DNA of 64,000 nt from IMG/VR virus record IMGVR_UViG_3300037047_000216, positions 10,078 to 74,077 of that record. One strand, 5' to 3'. A program made the position numbers and the translations under genes. Source of the stretch: a virus (Duplodnaviria > Caudoviricetes). This document shows positions 42,325 through 52,168 of the stretch, piece by piece. The notes below the pieces were generated by a model. The model worked only from the letters and a program-made list of their open reading frames with translations. It was not told the DNA's origin and searched no databases. Position 1 is the stretch's first letter; each line of letters begins with the position of its first letter.

Positions 42325-43274
42325 GGTTCCTTCGGCAGTCCAGCCAGGGTGGCGTCCAGTTCCGTCCTACGCTTGAGCCCAGTCAGAAGCGGGTTTTCCT
42401 CCCAGTACTGGTTGATGCCGATCGCGGCACCCATCATGGCCCCAGCCACCGCAGCATTGGTGTCCGTATCCCCGCCCTCCCGAATGACCATGTCGAGGAT
42501 AGACTGGAATCGGTCGTCGTGCATGTCGTCGTACATGGCGTCGGTTCGGCGCTGGAACTCCCGCAGAGCCCAGAACCCGGCACCCGCACACTTGTAGGTG
42601 TATCCGATACTGCCCCGGGCGCCGAGTCTCAGATCCTGGATCCCCTCATTGGCATACGCCCGGATCTCAGCATCGTGCTTTTCCCCTGCCTCGATCCCGA
42701 TCTGGATCGCCGCCGGAATGGCCTCCCCACGGATCAAAGCAGCGATCGTGCAGGAGACCGCCACGGAACTTGCCACACAGCGGGGGTCGGCGTGAGTCAC
42801 CTTGCAGGCGAGAGCGGACATCCGCTCCGTCCAGGCATGATCCCATGGCCGAACAATGGCGGCACCGACGGTACGCATCACACCCCCATTGGGGGCTTTG
42901 ACGCGACCGCTGGACTCCCAAATCTCCTCTGCGATAGCCAGGGGCTCACAGAGATAGAGCGGGTGAGTCAGGATTTCGACCGTGAGGTTTCCAACCCCCC
43001 GGCCATCCTGGTGCAGCCAGTTCTGGAACCCCTCGGCCAGGAGCAGAACGACCGTGTCCGGATCATCCCCCGCCTCGGAGAGAGCCCGTGCCACAATGAG
43101 AGCCTGAGCCGTGTCATCGGTCCACTCCCCGGGCAAGAAATTTCCGCCCTTGGTTACGACCTGATAACGGGCGTGCTCCCCAGGTTTCAGATCACCCGAG
43201 AACTCATACCACGCACCGAGGGCATCCCCGATGGCCTGTCCATACAAAGCGCCTCTACGCAGATCTTTCATCAT
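42321..43274 (-). CDS. ADP-ribosylglycohydrolase (DraG/ARH family)
   Basis: GQAIGDALG, WTDDT, NGGVMR, THADP, GGDTDTNAAVAG. Confidence 0.95.
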   Translation of the reverse strand: MMKDLRRGALYGQAIGDALGAWYEFSGDLKPGEHARYQVVTKGGNFLPGEWTDDTAQALIVARALSEAGDDPDTVVLLLAEGFQNWLHQDGRGVGNLTVEILTHPLYLCEPLAIAEEIWESSGRVKAPNGGVMRTVGAAIVRPWDHAWTERMSALACKVTHADPRCVASSVAVSCTIAALIRGEAIPAAIQIGIEAGEKHDAEIRAYANEGIQDLRLGARGSIGYTYKCAGAGFWALREFQRRTDAMYDDMHDDRFQSILDMVIREGGDTDTNAAVAGAMMGAAIGINQYWEENPLLTGLKRRTELDATLAGLPKEP

Positions 43275-43288
43275 CTATCCTTCCGCCA

Positions 43289-43606
43289 TCACTCGAAGTG
43301 AACTTCTCCGCCCACTTTTTCCGAAACGAAACGACGAGCCTCGGCCTCGATCTCCGGGGGCAGGCCCAAGATCGTCCACCACTCCTCTGGGATGATGCAG
43401 TCGTCATCCAGTGTGTGAACGGGCAGCCCGAACCCCCGGATCTCGTCCTCGTCCCAGAGATTGTCCGGAATGAGGGCATCGAGAATGCCGTCCCTGGTGA
43501 AGTGGACGTGATCCAGATCCTCGTCGATGCCAAATCCTCGACGAAGCATCTCGAGTCCGTTCTTCGAGAGGGCTTCGAGAGGAAAGGTCACCCGGTACTT
43601 GGGCAT
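43289..43606 (-). CDS. Acidic hypothetical protein
   Basis: ORF in operon. Confidence 0.55.
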   Translation of the reverse strand: MPKYRVTFPLEALSKNGLEMLRRGFGIDEDLDHVHFTRDGILDALIPDNLWDEDEIRGFGLPVHTLDDDCIIPEEWWTILGLPPEIEAEARRFVSEKVGGEVHFE

Positions 43607-43609
43607 GGC

Positions 43610-44644
43610 TTAGCCCCGGTCCCGGACGACCCACCCGATGGCGGGAGTCAGGGCCTTGGTGGCGATGTTCTGGCTGAATCCCATGAAACCGGCCACGAAA
43701 TCCATCGTGAAAATCAGGTCGTAGTAGTACCACGTGAACGGGGCCACGGAGAGCCCGCTGGGGAATGACTCGGTCGTCATACCCCCGAAGATCTGATCTT
43801 CGTCCGGAAACTCGCACTGCAAGGTGCATTCTTTCGTGCGCCAGTCTTTCCGGTAAGGGAAGAACCGAGTGATGTGTCCCTGGATGTAGGGGCCACCGGA
43901 TGCATCGGACTCCTTGAAAAATCCCTCCCACCACTTGATATTAGGGTTGCCCCCCATGGCTGCCACGAACTGATCCAGCACCGGGACCAGTTCTTTGGTC
44001 CACCACGAAAGGTTGAACTCTGCCAGTGCAATGGCACGTTCCCTGATCTCGACCCAGTCCGCGAGAGTTCCCTCGATCGTGATCCTGGGGATGCCGCACA
44101 TCGTATGGAACTCATACTCGAAGAACGCCTTCATGGCGTCCATCATCGTGATTTCCGCGGCGGCCTGCTCGATGGCCCCGGTTGTAGAGAACCGAGGCAC
44201 GATCAGACGGTGGACGCCGGGCACCGTGTTGTCCCTGACGGCTCCGGAGAACTCCGTGAAAACCTCGGGCCAGGGGTTCTCGGCATTTCCCTTCACGAAC
44301 GAGTCCCGACGAACCTTGATCGTCATCTTGCCCTGGTGGGACACGCACCGATGCCGAAGCCGCTCTGCGTGGTTGTTGATGTGCTGGGCGAACCCCTGTG
44401 CGATTAGCAGCCAGATGGCGTCCGGTGTCAGCACGAGCGGGTAGTGATCGGAGAACGCTGTGAACGCAGCGTCGACGAAGGGATGGAACCCGTGAGGGGC
44501 AGCCAGTGTCCCCGGGGTATTTACGGCACCAGCTTCGCCTCGCCGTCCCGTGACTGTCTGCACGGAGTTCCAGAAATCGGTTGTAGGGAGTTTTTTCCGG
44601 CTGATTTTGGTGCTGAGATTGATGTCCATGGAATGGCCTTTCAC
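43610..44644 (-). CDS. DUF4419-family protein
   Basis: AFSDHYPLVLTPDAIWLLIAQGFAQHIN, FSTT, MCGIP.ITIEGT..DW. Confidence 0.85.
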   Translation of the reverse strand: MKGHSMDINLSTKISRKKLPTTDFWNSVQTVTGRRGEAGAVNTPGTLAAPHGFHPFVDAAFTAFSDHYPLVLTPDAIWLLIAQGFAQHINNHAERLRHRCVSHQGKMTIKVRRDSFVKGNAENPWPEVFTEFSGAVRDNTVPGVHRLIVPRFSTTGAIEQAAAEITMMDAMKAFFEYEFHTMCGIPRITIEGTLADWVEIRERAIALAEFNLSWWTKELVPVLDQFVAAMGGNPNIKWWEGFFKESDASGGPYIQGHITRFFPYRKDWRTKECTLQCEFPDEDQIFGGMTTESFPSGLSVAPFTWYYYDLIFTMDFVAGFMGFSQNIATKALTPAIGWVVRDRG

Positions 44645-44733
44645 AGGTGGGGTTAGTTCCCACCAGTAGCTACTCAGAAACGGGTGTTAGCTGAGGAGCA
44701 TCTGATAGATGAGACGATTGGAGTACGTTGTGC

Positions 44734-44985
44734 TCATTGAGTCAATCTTATGTAGCCCCACTCGCAATCCGCGGGGGGCTCACAACCCAGTTCCTGACGT
44801 TTTCGGTCGAGATGACGCTGGGCCTCGTCGGGCATGGTGAAACACCCGACGCGGGTACTTCGGGTACTTCCTGATCCGTCCCACCGGGGATCCGATTTGC
44901 AGGAGATCCCCCACGTGCCCCGTTTGGTGCCAAACATACTGCCGTCGTCCCACTCGTCCTGTTCGTCGCTGAACATCATCGGCAT
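44734..44985 (-). CDS. Hypothetical protein
   Basis: ORF with GGAG upstream. Confidence 0.5.
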   Translation of the reverse strand: MPMMFSDEQDEWDDGSMFGTKRGTWGISCKSDPRWDGSGSTRSTRVGCFTMPDEAQRHLDRKRQELGCEPPADCEWGYIRLTQ

Positions 44986-45187
44986 CAGATGCTCTCCCTC
45001 CGTGCAAGCATCGAGGTTAGCGTCCGCAGCCCACTTCCGACCCCGATCTGGTCAACCCAGCCGTCGGCCAGCGCAAGGGTGTAAGAGGCTCTCAAGTCCG
45101 CCACGTCCATGAGGGACGCCATCCCTTTCGGGATCTCATCCCTCAGTTCGTTGAGCCGACGGGCCAGCCCTGTACCGACCTCTTCGG

Positions 45188-45400
45188 TTACAGGTCTTCG
45201 GTCAGCACCTCGACGATCTTGCCCGCGATTTCGAGGTTCAGCGGATCCTGATCCTCCTCCGCAACGCCGCTGACCACGGCTGCCACGATCGAGTAAGGGA
45301 ACACGATCGTGGCAGCTACCGCGCAGGCCACCGCACCCGTCAGGATCGCCACCTGGGCTACGATCGCATGCGCCAGATTGTCGGCCAAGTACTTGATCAC
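45188..45400 (-). CDS. Small hydrophobic hypothetical protein
   Basis: Follows promoter motif 45458. Confidence 0.5.
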   Translation of the reverse strand: MIKYLADNLAHAIVAQVAILTGAVACAVAATIVFPYSIVAAVVSGVAEEDQDPLNLEIAGKIVEVLTEDL

Positions 45401-45457
45401 GGGGAAGCTCCTTTGTCCGTCTGTTCACTGCGGGATCCCTAGACCTTTTCAGGACTC

Positions 45458-45484
45458 CTACTCTAAAACGGTGCCGATGATCCC
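45458..45484 (-). promoter_or_regulatory. Phage promoter motif (13-nt spacer)
   Basis: Motif copy. Confidence 0.6.
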
Positions 45485-45487
45485 ATC

Positions 45488-45901
45488 TCAGGAACGACGG
45501 ACATCCCGCCCGGCGCGGACACTTCCCCCCACGGAACCCCTGATTTCGATGTTCCGACCCGCCTGTGCGCTCCCACCGACGTTCGAGCAATGAACGTCCT
45601 CCCCGGCCTGAACGGAACCGCCAACGTTGGAACCGCACACGACAGATCCATGCTCGACGGAAACACTGCCCCTGACCTGACCCTGAACCTTGAGATGGAC
45701 GGTTCCAGAACCCTCAACCATCAGATTTCCTTTGATGTCCCCAGTGATGCATCCATCCTGATCAAGATGCAGCGTGTACGTTGGGGGTTTCAGGTCTGGA
45801 GTTGGAGCCCCCGGCTCCAGGGGGCCCCACTGAACTCCATCTACGAAAAGTCGGTCACCGCGCAAGTCGATCCGCATGCCATTGATACTGAAGGATGCTC
45901 C
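45488..45901 (-). CDS. Hypothetical protein with beta-solenoid (bactofilin-like) repeats
   Basis: VGGSVQAG..V repeats. Confidence 0.55.
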   Translation of the reverse strand, partial: GASFSINGMRIDLRGDRLFVDGVQWGPLEPGAPTPDLKPPTYTLHLDQDGCITGDIKGNLMVEGSGTVHLKVQGQVRGSVSVEHGSVVCGSNVGGSVQAGEDVHCSNVGGSAQAGRNIEIRGSVGGSVRAGRDVRRS

Positions 45902-45903
45902 CA

Positions 45904-47775
45904 TCAGGCAATCTCCACGAGCCACACGGTCTTGTTGTTGGCCACCCAGACCGCGGTCGGTCCGGAAACGAACACGCTGTCCCCGTCATTGACGAACGGC
46001 GCCGTGTCGACGAAAAGTTTCTCCTCCACGATGGCGCCCTGATCTGTTTTGAGGAGGAGCAGACCCTCCGAAGTCGGACACAGGATCTTGCCCCCGAACA
46101 CGCATTTCCCTTTGACACTGCGAAGCATCCGGACCTGATCCGGATCCCCCTCGGTCTGGGCAACCACCTGACCATGGACGTCGACGAGCACCATCACATG
46201 GATGATCTGACCGTTGCGTTCCTCCGCCCGGCTGAACAGGACATGCTGGTCACTGAACACGGCGTCCACGTCACGCACCTTACCTTGAGGCTGCGGGATA
46301 CCCACCGGGATCAGCCCGATTTTGCTGGGGAAGAATATCTGGTGGAACCACGTGTTCGCGGCCTGACTCACGGCGATGCCGAGGGACTCTCCGGCTTTGA
46401 CCCATGTGTGTCCGGGAAGCACCGATCCGAGCACCTGGGTGTTTCGGTACAGGTACAGCCCTTCGATCCGGTAGATCGCGGAGGAGGAGGAATCGAACAC
46501 CGGGAGGGTTCCGGAGACATCCGTGGACGTGCGCTGTTTGAGCGTTTCGTCCTCGATTTGGAGCAGGGTCCCGTTGCCAGCCCCGATCCACGTGGAACGC
46601 CCCTGCACCGAGAAACGGGTGTTGGGCGGCGGAGTGCTGTCCCAGACCTTCTTCCCGTCCTGCCGGTAAACGTTGCCGTTCTCCTCGTATACGATCTGGA
46701 TCCGTCCGTTCTGCACTCGCAGATGGCGGATGACGCCCCGGGTCTCGAAAACTCGGGTGGACTTGCAGGCTTTGTTGTACCGAATGGCCTCCACCACGAG
46801 TCCAGGGGCGGCGCATTTGGGGCACACGTTCCGGGCGTGCTCTTCCCCGCACTTGAGGCACTTCGTCCACTGGATCTGGAGCAGACTTTCGGGGAACACC
46901 CCCCGCAGATCCTGCTCGAACACTTTGATGAAGTGATGCACCAGATCGTCCGGGAGTCGGTCTGGCGGAATTACCCCATTGTACTTGACATCCGGGTGAA
47001 GGATGCTGATCCGGTTTTCAGCCCGGCGCAGATAGCCCCGGTGTTTCTTGTGCACGCCCCCGAATGGCAGCACGCACAGGAGGGACTGGAACAGGAGCGC
47101 CGTGAACGCATACCAGTCGGTGTCCGTGTTGAACAGACCGGCCACGTCCTTGTTGTAAAACCTCGGGTCCAGGAACCGAGGGGCAGCTACCACGCACGGG
47201 AGTCCGTTGAACTGCATGGAGTCGACGTCGATGACACGGATCACGGGCTGGGGATGGACGGCACACATCTCGTTGCCATCGTTCAAGTCCCCAACGATGA
47301 CGCGGAGAGCATGCAGTTTCACGAGGATGCTGTGCAGATCCCGAAGGAAGGTGACCACGTGATCGTGCTGGACGCCCAGCGTCGTGCGCTCCTTGAAGTC
47401 CGACAGCTTGTAGATCGGGAACATGCCGCCCAACAGGGGCATCGTGTACCCTACGATCTTGCCGGTCGTGTCCTTCACGAAATCGATGGGCGCCAGTACC
47501 CCCTCGGGCATGTTCTTCGGGAACGCCAGGACCTTGCGCTCTTTCAACTGGAGCGCCAGTTTGTGGGTCTTTTTCTCATCCGAGGTTCGGGCCGGATCGA
47601 GATCCTCGTTCCTGTGAAACAGCTTGAGGGCTTTGTTGTTGCCGAAACGGTAAACCGCCGCTTCTCCGCCCGCCCCGAGGAACGCGGATTTGTCATCCGG
47701 ATCCGCGAAAAAGCGGGTCGTCGCTCCCGTGGTTGCGTCCTCGACCAGTACAGTGCGGGACTTCAGGAACGACAT
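45904..47775 (-). CDS. TerY-P-type Ser/Thr kinase with zinc ribbon and beta-rich C-terminus
   Basis: LGAGGEAAVY, ALKLF, VGDLNDGN, IDVDS; CLKC..CPKC. Confidence 0.85.
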   Translation of the reverse strand: MSFLKSRTVLVEDATTGATTRFFADPDDKSAFLGAGGEAAVYRFGNNKALKLFHRNEDLDPARTSDEKKTHKLALQLKERKVLAFPKNMPEGVLAPIDFVKDTTGKIVGYTMPLLGGMFPIYKLSDFKERTTLGVQHDHVVTFLRDLHSILVKLHALRVIVGDLNDGNEMCAVHPQPVIRVIDVDSMQFNGLPCVVAAPRFLDPRFYNKDVAGLFNTDTDWYAFTALLFQSLLCVLPFGGVHKKHRGYLRRAENRISILHPDVKYNGVIPPDRLPDDLVHHFIKVFEQDLRGVFPESLLQIQWTKCLKCGEEHARNVCPKCAAPGLVVEAIRYNKACKSTRVFETRGVIRHLRVQNGRIQIVYEENGNVYRQDGKKVWDSTPPPNTRFSVQGRSTWIGAGNGTLLQIEDETLKQRTSTDVSGTLPVFDSSSSAIYRIEGLYLYRNTQVLGSVLPGHTWVKAGESLGIAVSQAANTWFHQIFFPSKIGLIPVGIPQPQGKVRDVDAVFSDQHVLFSRAEERNGQIIHVMVLVDVHGQVVAQTEGDPDQVRMLRSVKGKCVFGGKILCPTSEGLLLLKTDQGAIVEEKLFVDTAPFVNDGDSVFVSGPTAVWVANNKTVWLVEIA

Positions 47776-47778
47776 GGA

Positions 47779-48606
47779 TCAGCCCTCCGACCTTCTCTGA
47801 AGACGAATGAACGTCGTGTCGTCATCGAGAGGGGACTTTTTCCACCCCAGGTAGGGGCCGCAGGCTGCGAGTTTGCGCTGCCCCAGCGTGTACCCGTCCG
47901 GGCTCATGTATACGTTGTCGTAAAACTGGAGCAGTCCTCCGAGGGGTTCGCCACCATGCGCCGGGTGGTTTTTCTTGGAAAGGAACCGCTCCATCCCGTC
48001 CGATCCGATGAGAACCCGCTGTACGTCCACCGTGGGGATCTCGATCTCGATCTGGAACGGATCCGATGTCCACCCGGTCAGCAGAGCATAACCAGGATAG
48101 TTCGGGCGATTGTCCTCGTCGATGACCACCGGATCCTGGTCATTCACGTGCCACAGTCCGTCCCCTCGACGGAAAATGAACGTGTTCGTCGGGGTCATGA
48201 CGACCCCCATGACCGTGGCCAGGAGTGCCTGCGGGACGTAAGACTCCGGCGGTTCCCCCATGGCCTGCACGACTCCGAACAGGAGCCGCTCCAAACGCCG
48301 CTGTGCCTCGCGGAGCATCCCCTCGGTAGTCAGGAGGGCGCTATACCCTCCTCGCCGTTCTGGGGGCAGTGTGACCGTTTGCGCGCGTAGCGAGAGGAGG
48401 TCCAGCAGAGTGCGGCACAGGAATCGGGACTGGAGACGTGCTCCCACCTCGGACTCTGGTGCCGAACTGCACCCGTCGCAGATGATGCCTACGAACCCGA
48501 GTTCATGTTGACCCATCTGGTGGGCGTCCTGGTTGTTGACGCCCCGGGCAACATGGCTGGATCCTGGGACAGATCCAGCCATGCTCTGGATAGTATCGGT
48601 GATCAT
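47779..48606 (-). CDS. PP2C-like protein phosphatase (TerY-P type)
   Basis: GSSH...NNQDA, ICDGCSS, GD, GSDG, DDTT. Confidence 0.88.
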   Translation of the reverse strand: MITDTIQSMAGSVPGSSHVARGVNNQDAHQMGQHELGFVGIICDGCSSAPESEVGARLQSRFLCRTLLDLLSLRAQTVTLPPERRGGYSALLTTEGMLREAQRRLERLLFGVVQAMGEPPESYVPQALLATVMGVVMTPTNTFIFRRGDGLWHVNDQDPVVIDEDNRPNYPGYALLTGWTSDPFQIEIEIPTVDVQRVLIGSDGMERFLSKKNHPAHGGEPLGGLLQFYDNVYMSPDGYTLGQRKLAACGPYLGWKKSPLDDDTTFIRLQRRSEG

Positions 48607-48630
48607 CGAAACCCCTCCGGTGTCAGGCGC

Positions 48631-49500
48631 TCAGGAGAAGAAAGTCGAGGTCGACCCCGGCTGGGTCTTGCCGGACGAGACCTGCCGCACGGAGGAGGAG
48701 ACCCGCATGAACGCCCGCGCGATGTTCTGGTCGACTCCGATGGCGCCGTCCGGGAACCCGATCTCCTTCGCGGGAGCCCAGAAATGGCTGGCCTGCGGGC
48801 GCTTCGGGTCGGCGTTCTGATCGATCCCCATGAAAGCGAGGATGAACCGCTCCGACTGCAGCAGATCGGATGCGACCTTGGCAACGTCTCCCGCCACCTT
48901 CTGGCGCTGCTGGCCATAGAGGACGTTTTCCCCGCCATCCGTGATTACGATGCAGAGACTCGTGGTCGGGACGGGGAACGGGCTTTCCTCTTCGTTGTAG
49001 TGGTGGTGCGCGATGGCTGCCGACAGCACCTCCTGCCACGACTGGAACAGCCGCGTAGATCCGCCCTGCGGGTTGTACTGGTGCTCGCCGGGGCCGGGAC
49101 GCCCGACCGACAGGCGATTCACCTGGGCAAGCGGAACGGCGGGGTGAACGAGCCTCAGTGTCGAGTCGAACTCCCACAGGGAGAGCATCATCTCGTTCTT
49201 GCGCGAATCGCGGTTGAGGTCGTTCAGCATCTCGTTGTAGCCCTCGACGACCTTGGCCTCGTTCCCCAGCATGGATGCGGACGTGTCCAGCAGGAGCCAG
49301 ATGTGGAGCGCCTCCTGCGCCTGGGCGTGCGTGATGTCGTGTCCCGCGGCGCCGAGCGCGACCAACTGGTTCGCGCCACCCGCCAGCACCTGACTGGACA
49401 CGGAGGAGAGAAGGGGAGCCTCGCCCTGGGACGCGCCCGCGAGCAGGCTCTGGAGTCCGGACAGCCCGGAAATGGGCACGCTCTTGCTGCCATTGCTCAT
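48631..49500 (-). CDS. vWA-domain protein (TerY-like)
   Basis: LLLDTSASM MIDAS, GGST, VITDG. Confidence 0.8.
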   Translation of the reverse strand: MSNGSKSVPISGLSGLQSLLAGASQGEAPLLSSVSSQVLAGGANQLVALGAAGHDITHAQAQEALHIWLLLDTSASMLGNEAKVVEGYNEMLNDLNRDSRKNEMMLSLWEFDSTLRLVHPAVPLAQVNRLSVGRPGPGEHQYNPQGGSTRLFQSWQEVLSAAIAHHHYNEEESPFPVPTTSLCIVITDGGENVLYGQQRQKVAGDVAKVASDLLQSERFILAFMGIDQNADPKRPQASHFWAPAKEIGFPDGAIGVDQNIARAFMRVSSSVRQVSSGKTQPGSTSTFFS

Positions 49501-49561
49501 CTTGAGTCCTTTTCCGATCCTAGGTGCCAGGGAATTCCCTGGCACCTAAGTCGAACCTGCG

Positions 49562-50683
49562 TCAGGCGGCCAGCGCCTGCTCCAGGAAGTTGTCGGTGCT
49601 CTCGACCACGTTGATGCCCTCGCTCGCCCACCGCTTGAAGGTCTTCTCCGCGACCGCGGGGAAGTTCAGCGGGCTGTCCGGGTCGTTCTCCGTGCCGGGG
49701 ACCGCCGGGATCGGGTCCATGCAGTCCTTCATGATGTACAGCCGCTTGACGAGGTCGGGGCTGCGCTTCTCGAACCAGTAGCGAAGCTGGTCGACCGTCT
49801 TGCCCACGCAGAAGGGCGGCGCGGCCTCGCCCACGATGACGACCACCTTGTGGCGCAGGAGCAGGTCGATGAACTCCATCCGCACCGCGTCCCCGACCAT
49901 CTCGCCGTCGATCTGGGACACTTCCTCGCCGCAGATCCCGTAGCACTCCGAGAACTGGCGGTACCCCTTGATCTCCACGTTCGCCTCGGAGTACCGGGCG
50001 ATCTCGTGGAACAGGGACACCTCGCTCAGGATCGGCATGAGCGGGTGGTGCGTGCTGCCCAGGCGGCAGTGAATCGGCCAGATCGTCAGGGGCGTGCTGC
50101 CCTGCGCGGCCAGCGCCCGGATGTACCCGAGTGCCTTCTTCTGGCCGAAGATCGACGTGTAGTGCCGGTTCATGTCCGGCTGCCCGTTCAGCCCGAGCGG
50201 CCGGATGACGCCCGCCACCTCCACGAGGACCGTCAGCGGCGGCGCCGGGTTGCCGTCCTGGTCACGCCAGAAGTCCGGGTGGAAGATCTGCCACACCCGG
50301 TGGGTGTCCAGCGAATCCACCCACTGGCCGATCAGGTTGAGGTTCTCGACGCCCCAGCGAGCGGTCCGGAACACGGTCTTCTCGGCGTTCGGGACGTAGA
50401 GGCTCCCGCCCGTGTTCTTGAACCAGAGCCCCGGGATGTTGGCATCCCCGGGCGGGGCGCAGAAGCCGGTCTGCATGTCGACCCGGACGCAGATCGCGGA
50501 ACCCCCGAGGCGCGAGGGATCTTTGACGGCAGGCGGGATCCCGTGTGCCTTGCGGTAGGCACGGGCTTCGGCGGCCACCTCCTGCTCACGGGTCATCCAC
50601 AGGAGACCCGCGGCCTCCGGGTGATCGAGGAAGGGCTCGAAGAACTTCGGGTAGGGCAGTCCATTTGGCATCAGGCGCGTCAT
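49562..50683 (-). CDS. pncA: Nicotinamidase-like cysteine hydrolase (isochorismatase family)
   Basis: VDMQTGF, DTH, WPIHC, IKG, GEA...FCV give a D-K-C triad. Confidence 0.75.
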   Translation of the reverse strand: MTRLMPNGLPYPKFFEPFLDHPEAAGLLWMTREQEVAAEARAYRKAHGIPPAVKDPSRLGGSAICVRVDMQTGFCAPPGDANIPGLWFKNTGGSLYVPNAEKTVFRTARWGVENLNLIGQWVDSLDTHRVWQIFHPDFWRDQDGNPAPPLTVLVEVAGVIRPLGLNGQPDMNRHYTSIFGQKKALGYIRALAAQGSTPLTIWPIHCRLGSTHHPLMPILSEVSLFHEIARYSEANVEIKGYRQFSECYGICGEEVSQIDGEMVGDAVRMEFIDLLLRHKVVVIVGEAAPPFCVGKTVDQLRYWFEKRSPDLVKRLYIMKDCMDPIPAVPGTENDPDSPLNFPAVAEKTFKRWASEGINVVESTDNFLEQALAA

Positions 50684-50731
50684 GTCTCTATCTCCTCTCT
50701 GGCATATCCGTCCGGGGTTGAACCGGGCGAC

Positions 50732-50959
50732 TCAGTAGCTCACGTTGAACTTCTCGTTGAAAAACGGGTCCAGATCCCTTCCGCTCTCGGCGGTCTGCGG
50801 ATCCACCCGGGGCAGGCACATCCGCCGGATCGCCCTCAGGATTTCTTTTTTCTCCGTGCCCCTCTGGTGAAAGACTCCGAGCCAGTACTGCTCACCGGGC
50901 ACCAGAGGGCGTCCCAGTTCTGCGGCGATCCAGTCGCTAACTGTTTCGCACGTTTCCAA
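50732..50959 (-). CDS. Small hypothetical protein
   Basis: GGAGG before TTG start; 3' part of track ORF 50732..51256. Confidence 0.45.
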   Translation of the reverse strand: METCETVSDWIAAELGRPLVPGEQYWLGVFHQRGTEKKEILRAIRRMCLPRVDPQTAESGRDLDPFFNEKFNVSY

Positions 50960-50979
50960 GATGCCCTCCAGGATCAGGC

Positions 50980-52098
50980 TCAGTTCCGCTTGTCGGCCAC
51001 CACCGGGGGAACGCCCGCCGGGGTCAGGTCGTCGCTCAGGATCCCCTCCTGGACGAGGCCCTTGCGGCTTCCCAGGTTCGGGATGTTCGGGTTCATCTTG
51101 TGGCGCGAGATGCGCTCCGCGTAGCGGGCCGCCTTCAGGAGCGCCACGACCTCGTCGGCCGAGATGCCCTCGAACAGCCGGTGCGCCGGGGCGATCTGGT
51201 AGAGCTTCTCCCAGGCGGCCTCCCGGGCGTTCCAGACGATCTGGTCGTCGTCGCACACGAGGCCGGTGTCCGGATTCGAGAAAATCCGCTCTTTCACCCA
51301 GTCGATGAACCGGGCGATGCGCTCCAGCGTCCCGAACCGGAGGATCTCGCCGGTGTCCGGGTCGACCCGGCCGTAACCGAAGGGCACCTTGTACACGGCC
51401 AGCATCTCGGCCTCGTCCGAGTGCCCGTCCCCGATGCCCCAGAGGTCGGGGCTGGGCGTCGCGATGATGGTGTCCCGCATCACGGCCTTGACTTCGGGGC
51501 CGAGCCGCTCACCGAGGCCCCAGGCAAGCTGCCAGACTTCGGTCTTGCTCAGCATGTCGAGCGGGTTCGTCCCGACTGAGCCATCCCCGAACCTGTTGTA
51601 GAATCGGATGATCCGGTCTTCGCACTCGTTCCCGGTGCCGTGCCGGATGCCGTCGCCTTTCAGGAGCAGGAAGAACATGCCGATCGGGGTCCGCATCATG
51701 CTGCGGAGCGATCCGCCGATGGTGCGCTTGTCCGCGAACCGCTGCTGGGCGTCCTTGTACTCCGGGGAGTCGAACCCGTGGGCGCGCCCGATGGACCCGA
51801 GCGCCTTGCCCACGAGGGCGTCGTACACGTCGGTGTAGTCGTCGTCGTTGAGCGGGATGCCCAGCGCTGCGGCCAGCCGCTGGGCACGGTCGGTCTGTGC
51901 CCCGCTCGTGCTGAACCGCGAGTGGACGAGCGTGACGTTTTCGGGGCCGAGGGCGATCCACAGCAGGCAGGCCATGACCGCCGAGTCGATCCCGCCCGAC
52001 AGGTCCAGTTCCGCCTTCTTGAAGCCGTGCTTCTCGTGATAGGCGCGGATCGCGGCCACGCGATTGTCGATGAGTCGGTTGACATCCAGGACCGGCAT
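50980..52098 (-). CDS. nadE: NH3-dependent NAD+ synthetase (no glutaminase domain)
   Basis: LSGGIDSAV, GTGNECE...FYNRFGDG, KTEVWQLA, PSPDL. Confidence 0.9.
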   Translation of the reverse strand: MPVLDVNRLIDNRVAAIRAYHEKHGFKKAELDLSGGIDSAVMACLLWIALGPENVTLVHSRFSTSGAQTDRAQRLAAALGIPLNDDDYTDVYDALVGKALGSIGRAHGFDSPEYKDAQQRFADKRTIGGSLRSMMRTPIGMFFLLLKGDGIRHGTGNECEDRIIRFYNRFGDGSVGTNPLDMLSKTEVWQLAWGLGERLGPEVKAVMRDTIIATPSPDLWGIGDGHSDEAEMLAVYKVPFGYGRVDPDTGEILRFGTLERIARFIDWVKERIFSNPDTGLVCDDDQIVWNAREAAWEKLYQIAPAHRLFEGISADEVVALLKAARYAERISRHKMNPNIPNLGSRKGLVQEGILSDDLTPAGVPPVVADKRN

Positions 52099-52140
52099 CG
52101 AGTCTCTCCTTCGTAGTTCGAGGTCTACCTAGCAGTTTCC

Positions 52141-52168
52141 CTACTCAGGCAGCGTTCTGCATGATCCC
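52141..52168 (-). promoter_or_regulatory. Phage promoter motif upstream of nadE
   Basis: Exact motif copy. Confidence 0.7.

Noticed and set aside
45895-48390. 831-aa plus-strand ORF, and similar long antisense ORFs (27020..28657, 49850..51124, 52229..53704, 40635..41792, 53850..54911, 60378..61388)
   Set aside because: Each lies opposite a gene with clear family motifs; these are shadow ORFs of GC-rich codon usage with no motifs of their own
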